Positions 28,719-39,663 of a stretch of DNA of 51,635 nucleotides are shown piece by piece; within the stretch, counting starts at the first letter, position 1; every line of letters starts with the position of its first letter. The notes under the pieces are model-generated. The model worked only from the letters and a program-made list of their open reading frames with translations. It had not been told where the DNA came from and made no database searches. The position numbers were made by a program, and so were the translations under genes. The DNA is from Sphaeroforma arctica JP610. Lineage: Eukaryota. The stretch lies in assembly GCF_001186125.1 (NCBI RefSeq), contig NW_014040550.1, positions 1 through 51,635 on the forward strand. Reading direction: 5' to 3'.

Positions 28719-29921
28719 GTGTGTATAGATATGCTAGTTCATATTGTGAACTGCATATATTCGCATTAGCATAATTACCGTAATCAGAGTGGCGGTGATT
28801 GATTGTAACACTTGTATCTAAAGAAGGACTCGATAGTCGACTAACGGCCATGCAAACGGTTCGAAATATATAAAAATATCCTTTCGTAAATATACGTACT
28901 TAAACGCTTTCCGACGTATCTCCTAAGAAATTGATCGAGGTTTGCGTAGTGCGCACAACAACGCATGGCGAGCTTTATATGTAAAATGTGGCTCGATCGG
29001 CACACTGCCATAGAGACAAAGCACAGAAAAGTGACAACGGAAAGCACCGAAGACATACTAGATTATATTTCTTCAAGGTTGGTAGATGCTTAAAGCTTCT
29101 CAACGCGGTGACGACTATTGTGCTAGATCCCGAGGCTGGTCTAACATTAACTTTCGAGATCAGCATCAGAAGTAAGTATGCCCTAAACGTATGTATTGCC
29201 ACAACTCACAAGAGGGATAACTCAAAGTCTGCAGTATTTATACATGTAGAAAATATTTTTTCTGCATAAAAAACTTTAAGAAAAAAAACATATAAAATCA
29301 CCATTCGACGATGGCGCCTAAATTACCTAAAATGGCCGTGGCGATTACATTCGCCTGGACCGTGGCGTTGTGCATTTTTAAATTTTAAGTTACATACATT
29401 GGGGTCGTTTAGCTAACGTGAAGTATAAAGCAGTTAAATACAATGCAGCTACATATGAATAGATAATTCCGCAGAAACTAGCAGATATGTAGTTCAATAA
29501 ACCAAAATCAACAAGTTCTAATTTACACGCTATTTTTTTTTGGAAGGGGAGCGATCGCGCTGTAGTTGAAAGAAAGAGACGGTTGCGGAACAGCAGTTGA
29601 CGCGTGCCCCCCTCCCCCTAAAAAGAACACGGAGGCTAAGGTTCACTCTACAGCTAACATACTTCAATACTCTGTAGAAGAAATTATGGTGTTTAATCAC
29701 AGATGAACCGCAGAGTTAGTAACCACAAAAGCATATATTGTCACCGCAACCACGCAATTACCAGAATCTGGTGCTACGTTTGCGAACCCCGGTCGAATAA
29801 TCACTGAAACAGGCCCTTCTCCGCTACCGGTGGTATACTTCTACAGATCCGCGCCTCACGCTTGTAACCGCGACCAATTTTGTTCTACATACGTAGATAG
29901 ATTACATCTACGTTTGTTATA

Positions 29922-30100
29922 ATATACATATATCACATACATACATACATACACATACATACACATATATGTAATATGTGCACATACATACATACATACA
30001 TACACATATATGTAATATGTGCACATACATACATACATACATACATACATACACATACATACATATATGTATACATAATATATATATATATATATACATA
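29922..30100. repeat. (ACAT)n/(AT)n microsatellite with a duplicated ACATATATGTAATATGTGCAC block
   Basis: Read directly from the sequence. Confidence 0.85.
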
Positions 30101-30769
30101 TGAATTACGCCTCACCCCCAAACCATTTTCATGTTTCATGTATTGGCTCCTCTTGTTTGTCATCACTTAATGAGGCACAGAGTCAGGCACAGCTCGGGAT
30201 CGATCATCCGGTCTGCTCCACTGGTTATCATTTTTGAAGTACCTCACAAGCAATAGAACTCCTGATACCACACATATGCTGCACGTATTTGTGTTCCGCG
30301 CCTTGTTTACAATGGGTATGCCCCACTCGTTCCTATCCCGCTTGCCTCACCCATCCCCACAACACCACCCAATCCCCCCCCCATTTTTTCACCCCTGTCC
30401 TGACTGTCACATGTACCGCGAACAACCTTGATTCTACTCCATCTCCTCCCTCAAATTCTCCGCGGCTGCCACTGCAAACGTACAAGAATGTTGCCTTTTA
30501 TGGGCCAGTTACGCAACTACAAAACCAGTTGGCGAACTTCTGTAGAAACTTTAGCAAGTCTGATAGACAAGGTAACGCATGTGAACGCCTTTCCTGAAAT
30601 TCTTGCTACTTCGATCAAATACTTTTACAGGTGTCGTGCAGAGGTACTCCCGTGTCTAGTTTTGTCTGGACCCCACAGGGCAGTCTGTATCTGTTTCTAA
30701 AAGTGCACATACAAGACCGTTGCGACGCAATACACGTCGCATCATTCGCTCATCAGCCTAATGTTCCCG

Positions 30770-32949
30770 TCACTGCTGCGAATTAGTGCTATTCTGCGCG
30801 CTCTCCTCGTCGCTGGCTTGTTCGGAGTCGTGCGCTTCCATACTCTCCTCCACAGGCGGCTGCACGCCAACTGGCGCGTGTCGAATTAAGTGAAATTGTG
30901 GGTGAATGTTAGCTTGTGCCTGTGCTTGCGGGACTGGCAGTGCGGCGATATCCACAGTACTTTGTACCGGCACAGTAGGGTCAGGGTTGGGATGCGCTAC
31001 TGGCAATGTTGCCAGCTGCTGTTGCTGTTGCGGAGCCATAGTACGTGTCTGCGTGGCCTGTGCCTGTAGTTGCCGTTGGTTGAGCGGCAAAAGTGGGGGT
31101 ATGGGTACTTGTTGGGGTATAGGCACCGGTACTTGCCCTGGGGCATGTACGGGGGGTGCGTAGAACTGTGCTGGTGGTGGCAGTTGGTACAGTGTAGCGG
31201 CCTGGGCGAGCATCTCGGGGTTTAGGTTGGCCCCATTGAAGTACGCTTCCGCAGACAAAGCGGTGGGAGCTTCGTACATGTGTGGATTTGGCATATGATA
31301 ATATCCGTACACAGCACCATTTGGCAGCATGCTCATACCCGCAGGTAAGCCGCTTACATTCACACCCACGCCCATGTTAGGCATGTTCACGTTGTGTAGT
31401 CTCATGTGTTGTGGATTGTAGTAACCAGCTGCACCCATGTTATATCCCGTCATGTTTACGTTGCCTGTGTTCATGCCTGGCATCCCAATGTGGCTGTAGT
31501 TGCAGCGTGTGCCGTATCTGCACCTGCCGTTCTTCCAGAAAGCACACGCCGAGGCATGAGAAGCCAGAGCATTATTCGTGTTATTGTGCGCGTACCTCTC
31601 ATTGCTCGATACAGTGATGTTGTTGGGTCCCATACTGTGAGTGTTGCTGTTACTGCCTCCTGCGTGATTGTTATGCAGGTAGTTGTTGTGATTGGTGTTG
31701 CTATGCTGGTACCTTCTGTAAGTGTCGTCTCGGTAGTAATGGTGGTTGTAATTATTGTGGAATTGTCTTCCACCCCGATTGTATGCAGAGTTATTGCCGT
31801 TATAAAATTTGTCTCCGTTCTGAACGTCGTGCGAATACTTGCAGTTGTCATGAAACTTACAATGGCCTTTCATGAAGAATCTGTGAATCGAAATAGATAT
31901 GGGTGTTATCATGTGAGAAGGTTTGTTTCATCGGTGCCATAATCGATGGCAGCGAAAATTTATGTGTTTCTAAGTCGAAAGACCATTCAGTCGTGAGTTT
32001 AAAACATAGTTTTGTTATGACAGAGGCTCAGAGCGTTGACCAGTCAATGGATATTCAAAAAGTGAAAGCCCCTAAAACGACATAAAGATAACTATACGCA
32101 CTACTACCCATACCTGCAAACATCTTTTCGGTTCCCCCTATTGTTATATTTGTGATTGTTATGAAATTTCCGATAGCTACCTTCGGCAGCTGGTGTCCCA
32201 GTAATCGCAAGACCCGTCTGGTCTGCTGGTGCTTGCGCTGCCGCCTTTTGCACCGCGCTTCCATTTTCATCAATATTCGTAGATGCTTCAATATTGCTTT
32301 CACTGGCTACACTGGTATCAAAAGCTTCTGTAGGTATCGTTCGTTCTGCATTGTCAGGTAGACCTTGATCTTGGAATGTGTGGGTGTATTCATAATCATC
32401 GTTTGCGTGTAGACTATAGTTCTCCTGCTCATCCACATCTTCGCTGATATCCGTGGCGGCCAGTGACCCTGCGAGTATACTTATAACTTCCTGATTCACA
32501 TCCGAAGTCAACGAGGTTTGACTAGAAGGGACTGAAGTTCTTTCTCTGCGTTTTTTCCCCTCGTTCTTGGCCACCTGTTTTCGGGATTGAAGTATCTGTG
32601 ATTCTGTACTCAAGCTGTCGTTGTCTTGTGACAACTCAGTTGGCCTACATGACAGTGAACCCATAGACTGCATCTGTTGCATTTGCGTGTGCACATGTTT
32701 ACGTCCCTCAGACCCCTCCTCACCCGCACCACTAGCAGACATAGATGGTTTACTAGAAAAATCACTCCCCGTCTCAGAAATTATCGTAGGGCTTGTACTG
32801 GTTTTTGTAACCTCAGTTGATACTGTAGCATTTTTCTGCTTGACTCGGGTTCCCTTTCCCTTTTTACTCCTATTGCGACGATTGGAATTAGTATCCTTAG
32901 AAGCCCGTATGTTGGCCGAGACAGGCGTTGAAGGATTGTGGGTGCTCAT
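30770..32949 (-). CDS. Two-finger CCCH zinc-finger protein with low-complexity N/Q/P-rich regions (2 exons)
   Basis: Exons 32949-32114 and 31880-30770 join to give VCRFFMKGHCKFHDNCKYSH. A second finger reads CAFWKNGRCRYGTRCNYSH. Both are C-x7-C-x5-C-x3-H. Confidence 0.88.
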
Positions 32950-33915
32950 TATGCTAAGCTGTAAGTGACAAAGGCGATTTCCGACCGATTGAAGGTGTCA
33001 AAAGTATATATCAGGCTTAGAAATGAGGATGTGACGTGTCCTGTGATTTGGTTTGTAGCTGTACCTTGCAGTCACATACGGTTGAGAAAGTGTGTGCGGC
33101 TATCGTTGAGCTTCAAATATTATGAGCTTGTTCGATGATAGTGTAAGTAGCGGATATACTGTCGAATTGAGGGTGCGGGTTATAAAACCAATATGTACAG
33201 TGATAATTTGCCCCACATCTACACGCACCTGCATGTACCACGTTATCGGTACTATTTCTAACCCCTTCACTTGCGCAATATGCGTATGTGTGATTGCAAC
33301 TAATCCTCCTACTCTACACCTAATTACTTAGGCCCAACCAAAAAAAGTAATAATAGTAGTATAAAGCTATTATAGTAGCCCTCGCGTACTTATCGCCTAC
33401 AGGTATACTTTAAAAATAGTATTATTTGTGTTATTCCGAATGTTGTCGGTTGGGATTCTAAAAGGAATAATAAAATTATTGAAAGTAAACAACTTTGTAT
33501 GATTTGAATATTATCCACTTATTTCTATAAATTGGGTCGCACACTTACACTGGTCGATTTCGTGGGGAATTTGCATAAATAAAAACATGTGTCTTTGGCA
33601 TTCTTTTAGTTGATTTGTCGATGCCAAGGAAAAACTTCATGAAAACTATAACTTTTTTAAACGAGGGTTTTTTTTATCAATTTTATTACTCAGGCACAGG
33701 TTTTTATATTTTATATATCATCAGTGTGTAATTTTCAAAATTCGCCGCACGTGTACGTATGCGCCATATTATCTTGTTGAGAAGTAGGCTTTTGACTGTC
33801 TAACCTTCCGATTAGAGGGTCACTATTCTCGGACATACTCTTATCAAACACGCTAATCCTTATTTTAATATACACTACGAAATAGCATCCGGGTGAATCT
33901 GTGAACCTATTAATA

Positions 33916-34827
33916 ATGGCTAAAAGTGTCAGATCAAAGAAAATGCGTGCTAACCGCGCTGAGCTGCGCAAGAGGTACGCTCCCAGAGATGCAGCACTTC
34001 TGAGCAAAACGGTACGTTTGCTTCTGTTTTATCTCTTTAACGATACATGCTTCCCAAAGTTATGTGAACAATTTTGTATCGAGAGTTTGTCTAGTTTTAT
34101 ATCTGCGTTTAAAAGATACCCTTGTGTGGATCGTGCCAAGTATATATCTCCTTGTGAAGATTGTCTGTAATAGTTATGTCAAGTCAATGTTTTATAACAT
34201 TGAAAGCAGAAGTTGTTTTACTGTCTCGTGTGTATGAACATATATTTTCTCGTGTATGGACGTATCAAATGCGATTTTTCCAGGATTAATATCTGAATGA
34301 CTCTGTATTCGCCCGCAATGCACTCTCGGTTATGTGTTATTTGTGCCTAAGACTCCTTTCTCCACCTGTAAGGCACCAAGTCGAACTTATTTGGCCTGTC
34401 GTCAGTGATATATGTTGTACTGGCATTGTAGCTGCCAAATAAAGTACGCTCTGTGCACCTTAAGCTCAGCTACGTGTATTATATAAAAACCGGTGAATGT
34501 AGTTGCGGAGGGTGTCACTAGTGCGCTCTATGTCACACTTGTATGAAGCTTACGTTTTTAATCTTTTTGAATATACATACATAGGTATCCAAGATCAATG
34601 CTGAGGTAGCAGAGACGATTGCTGACCTCAAGGCCGAGAAGGTAAAGGAAGAATCCGCTAAAACTGAAGCAAAAGAGAATGGCATGGACGTTGAAGGCGA
34701 GGCCAAAGAGAAGGAGAATGAACCTTTATTTCCCAACAAAGCGCAGCGAAAGAAGCAAAAACACACACTCAAGGTTAAGAAGCTGCACAGGAAGGGGGTG
34801 AGGAGTACTAAGCGATACAATATGTAA
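33916..34827 (+). CDS. LLPH: LLP homolog / DUF2423-like small basic protein (2 exons)
   Basis: Exons 33916-34011 and 34585-34827. N-terminus MAKSVRSKKMRANRAELRKRY matches the MAKSLRSK..R..RA..R start of this family, followed by an acidic MDVE middle and a Lys-rich C-terminus. Confidence 0.72.
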
Positions 34828-36148
34828 ATATATCTTTGGTGATGTACTCCATGATAATAGAATATTAAGAGCCGCGCAGTTTTGATTCCGCTGAGACGCG
34901 CTACATGATGTGGGTGTTCTCTTCTGTATGCTACATACTGCATAGAACACACTGTCAAGGTGGCCAATCATGAGTTGCAGACTCGCCCATATATACACAT
35001 ATATGAATATGTACATATGTCAATTTATGCATGAATAATTATGTATATAGAATACGCGAGAGATTTTAATTGGTGAATCCCGTGTCAGTATGCCAGTGCT
35101 GCGGACGTTAGAAAAATACTGAGATTCTGAAGAACAGCTAAAATAATAAGTTTGTGCGCTCGGAGCAAACGATAGGGACGGAAGAGAAATACATGAATAT
35201 AAATTACGATTACATACACATGTTTACAAGACCAGATTGTCGACGAATTTGAACATCGTAAATATCTTTTTGTGTATATATTTAGCAGCAGCGGACTTTG
35301 TCGTGATTTACTCGCATATATGATTGGTGATGGACAATTAATTTAAATAAATATAGAGCTTTTGCCTATCATAGCACGGAATTAGGTGAACATCTTCTGC
35401 TATGAATTCAATATGCGAATATCTAGTCCGGCTCCTATACGCGTATATGTTAAGTGTTCACGTTGCGTGTCTATAGAAAAAGATATGAATGACTTAGTTT
35501 ATCACTCGCACAAGTAGAAAACCTCTGCTGTAGTATAGAATAAATGATGCACAAACATTTCCGCTCAATTTACGACGGGCAGTGAAGCCTATATATACAT
35601 ATATACATACACACGCACACACACACACATATATATATGCATGTATACGTACGTACACGAGCACACACACACACATATATATATATAATTCATATGCATC
35701 ATGCATATGTAAATATAGCAATCTTGGGCTTGCAGTAGAGGAGATGGTTATGATACAAGCTGCCAAGCCCATAGGGCTACAAACTCTCCAACATTGGCAG
35801 TGCTGAAGCACCGTCAGCCCACGCTCAGCACTACGACGGTTGTGAGGTGTCAGATTGTGATATATAATTAGGAAGAAAATATCTTGCGTTTATTTACCTT
35901 GACTCGGTTAGGCAGCATTCGCAGGAACCCAATAGACTCCCACGTGCCGACAGAGTCGCCCATAAATACCCCATATACTAGATTTGTGAATATTGCTTGG
36001 AGCCCAGAGATTAGGCTTGAGGTGGGCATTTTTTAATTCCCAATAGTCGAGAACTGCATTATCCGTATATGTGTTTTAGAAAATAGCGACGGTAGTCGGT
36101 AAGTCGTGCCTTCAGGAGCGAAGATGGTACACTTCATTCGAGAATCCA

Positions 36149-38270
36149 CTATCTGGCGAATGCACCTTGTATTTTCTTTGATTGTGCCCAGTCCTTGACA
36201 GTGTATTTGGGACTCCAGCCGGATGCAGTGAGTAACGCCGAACTTTCATTTACTATGCGGTTTTCCGCTTGTATATCGCCATTCAATTTGAGTATCGTGT
36301 TGCAGAAGGCCTGCGTGCGCGTATATGTCAATCAAGGTACGCTCAATTCAGTCAATATCGAAGAGCAATCCTGTATCTAGAGGTGAACGATATATGCCAG
36401 ATTTTAAAATATTTCATACCAGATTTCAAAGCTATTTCATATACACGGGTCGATTTGAATTTCATACATGACATACCTCGGCGAAAACTTTAACCATTCC
36501 AAATGAAACCATCACATCCACTAGCGCAGTCGGTGGCACTGCCTGGATCTTCACATCATAGCCAATGCCATCAGAGAGCGCCTGCACTTCTTCAGCCAAA
36601 CTCAGCATCTCGGGTCCGTGTACCTTTTTTTGCGAAGTATCAAACAAGGCTTTGTTATTCACACGTGCATGCAACATCCATTGTTATGTGAAATCACATA
36701 TACAATCTAAAGAAACTGTATTTTGATAGTGTGTGTCGGTGAGCGGTCACATATTAAACTCGAGACAGGTCACAAAAAATAGGCACCTCAATCGCACGCT
36801 CCTGAAGAAACTCGTTGAACTTGGACTCATCAGCTAGCAGTATCGTGGCAGCAGCTCGTGCAACATCCCTAGGGTCTACCATTGCCATCTTGTTTCCATC
36901 ACCGGCACAAGGATAGCTCAATTTTCCCGAAGCCTTGACCTCTATATTGAGCAGTATACGATATGAGTGTACGTGTGATAAATCAATTGTACCACCTGAG
37001 CCTATACTGCACAACATTATTGTGAAGATTCAATTCTGATGGCGAGCCAGTCGTAACTGCAATTGGTTCAAACTAGGTCTTGTTGATAGCAGTATCCTAA
37101 TGGTGGACATCCTCGATCGCGATTTGAAATATGAATGAATCATGCTTGTATCAGTGTGGGCGGTAAGCGGCATACTCACAGAGTCTCTCGTGTTGCCAAT
37201 CTTGCATGAATAACGTATACTCGCAGAATCTATCTTGTGTGAAAGAATCAGCATGCAGATAATTACAATCAAGTTGATAATAAAGGCCTGAATATTAAGA
37301 ATTTTTACATCCGCCATGCATAACTAAACTAGTCCACGAATATACGTACGATATACCTTCTACGCCAGCCAGTAGATTATCCATGAACCAGTTCGGACGA
37401 AGCACCACAACCTTGTACCTCTGCACTTGTGCGAATGCCTCTATGCAGTAGTGGTTACGACCGTATGCTGTACGCGAACCTGGGTGTGTCAAGACGGTCG
37501 CTGTGCCCACTTTGACGACAGGGACCGAATGTCTAGCCGCAGACTCGATGAAGTTGCATTCACGCTCAAACATATCATGCGTGAAACACGAGCTCACCAG
37601 AAAGGCTCGATCGACGCCCTGATGAAGAGGCCATTCCAATGTTATCAAAAATTACTGATTTGTTCGTCCCAAGCATCTTCATACATTTGTATGACCTTTT
37701 ACCAGCTTCAACATAGCTTGTGATGTTAAGTCCGACGTTTCCAGATGATTTGCGAATATATGCCAAGCGGAAAGATTTGGCAGCAGCACTTATTGTAGCA
37801 GCTATTCCTGAAGGAAGGCTAAATAGTGTGCGAATATGCGGCTGGTCTATTTCAAAAGTAAAAACAAAGTCCGATCTTGCTAAATATTTCCATTTAACAG
37901 CTTCATTTAACAGCTTCATATAAACCGATCTTGAACAATGTCCAGATTTGGGAAGTCTCGAATCAAATAATCAGACGGTGTGAGAAGCACAATGAATTTT
38001 ATACTTAATGGATCAAATAAGACAACTAGGCAACATATGTACGACTATACCATATTTTAAAAATACCTTCAAAGCAGCGTCTACACTATCTTTATCGTCA
38101 AAGTCCCCTTTCACAAGCGTTACATTCGGTAGAGCGGCCAGAGGAGATACTCGCGGGTCAGCTACATCGCGAACAAATGCGTGCACATTCACACTGTTGG
38201 TCTGGGACAACTCATGTACCAGAGTCCCGGCTGTATTGGCTGTAGCAGCACTCACTAATATGGTCAACAT
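36149..38270 (-). CDS. NmrA-like / atypical SDR NAD(P)-binding protein (5 exons)
   Basis: MLTILVSAATANTAG...AFVRD...VKGDFDDKDSVDAALK|GVDRAFLVS...VVLRPNWFMDN|...AMVDPRDVARAAATIL|VHGPEMLS...|...TVKDWA. This is the typical NmrA/azoreductase-like motif order. Confidence 0.88.
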
Positions 38271-38859
38271 AGAGAAAAAGACGATAAATAACCTCAACTC
38301 GATGTGTCTTATCCTATTTTGTGAATACACGCTCCAGCTGTGTTTTGACTTTTGTGTATTTAAGAGTATTTATATTTGCAACGATTGTATGATGAACACA
38401 ATAAACACATATATTTGCCCACGGCTTTTGGGTTTTACGCCTCTCTTGGGTTTCATCGGAGCTATGTTCAGCAGCTCTCATTGCTCATTAAAAGCCTTCC
38501 TCAGGCTACCACCGCCCACTCTTCCAGGCCCAGCGGCCCAGCCTCTCACTCATGAGTCTAAGACTCATGACTCCCTACAACTGCCCAGTGCCCACATTGC
38601 CCAGGGCCCCAGGCCCAGGTGGGAGAGGGCCCAGTGCCCCAGTCATCAGCGTCCCAGACCTGTGGTGGGGGAGGCTGGGACGCTCTGGGACCCTGGGACT
38701 CCCGCGAGCGAGTCGAGGCTCAGACGAGTCAGTCGGCAGACCTAAGTTGAACAGTTCGTCACCTTTGTTTTTTATTGTGAAAAAGCAAATTCTCTCTGAC
38801 TCTGATGAGTATAATGAACTCATGAATCCATGATTCATTATCTGTCTCACAGGCAGTCA

Positions 38860-39040
38860 TAACCAGGCCTCATCAGTCTTCAGTCCTCAGTCCTCAGGCC
38901 CTCAGCCTCTCAGGCTGTCACCATCAGACCAGTCAGGGACTCAGGGCTCAGTGAGTCTCAGTCAATGAGTCAATGACACAGACTCAAGGCTCTCAGGACT
39001 CAGACTCAGCCCTCAGCCTCAGGATTCAGGACAGACTCTC
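38860..39040 (+). repeat. TCAG-rich cryptic (stutter) repeat tract in a divergent intergenic region
   Basis: About 17 TCAG on the + strand in ~160 bp with irregular spacers and no CpG. Confidence 0.8.
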
Positions 39041-39663
39041 ACCAATTTTTTTGTTGGTCAACATTTATATTTCATTGCAACATAACCGAATCGGTATGAG
39101 AATCTCACATTCATCGCATTCATCGCAGTGTATTTTTTAAATTTGTTTTCAGATCATGATTCACATTTCACACAGTATACACACTGGAGGGGAATAAAGG
39201 GACTCTTGGAGTGGTCAGTGGGCCAGATTGCCCCAGACTGCCAGAGTCAGGCGCTCAATCGCTCAAAGTTGTTGTATATTAGTCATCAGTACAGTGAATA
39301 TTTTTTCTATAAAAACAAAATATCTTGTTGTGAGACTCCGCGGGACCGGCTGCCTACTATGTAAATAGCTAGAAAGCCTACTACTACTCTCTATTTACTA
39401 CTAGAGTTGTAAATACTATATAGAGAGCGAGAGAGAGTATGTAACTAGCGAGAGAGAGGGGCTGGGCGGGGGCCTGGCCCTGGGGCCCTGGCTCAATACT
39501 GCCCCCGGTGCCCCCACCGAATTCCGTTTCGAACGATGTAAAATAATAATTTACGTTGGTATAGTTTGCTTCTTGTGCTGGAGAAGTAAATCCACACCTG
39601 AAGCATATAAATACTAGTTCGTCAAATCACGGAGAAGAGATAGTCTCTATCGACGCAGACACT

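Noticed and set aside
29535..29625. Possible hairpin or ncRNA (G-rich and C-rich ends with T/A runs)
   Set aside because: Pairing is mostly homopolymer-driven; no tRNA, snRNA or snoRNA motifs.
30906..31942. Plus-strand ORFs over the CCCH gene (also 38008-38745 and 39627-40001)
   Set aside because: Antisense shadows of real genes or run-through of low-complexity DNA.
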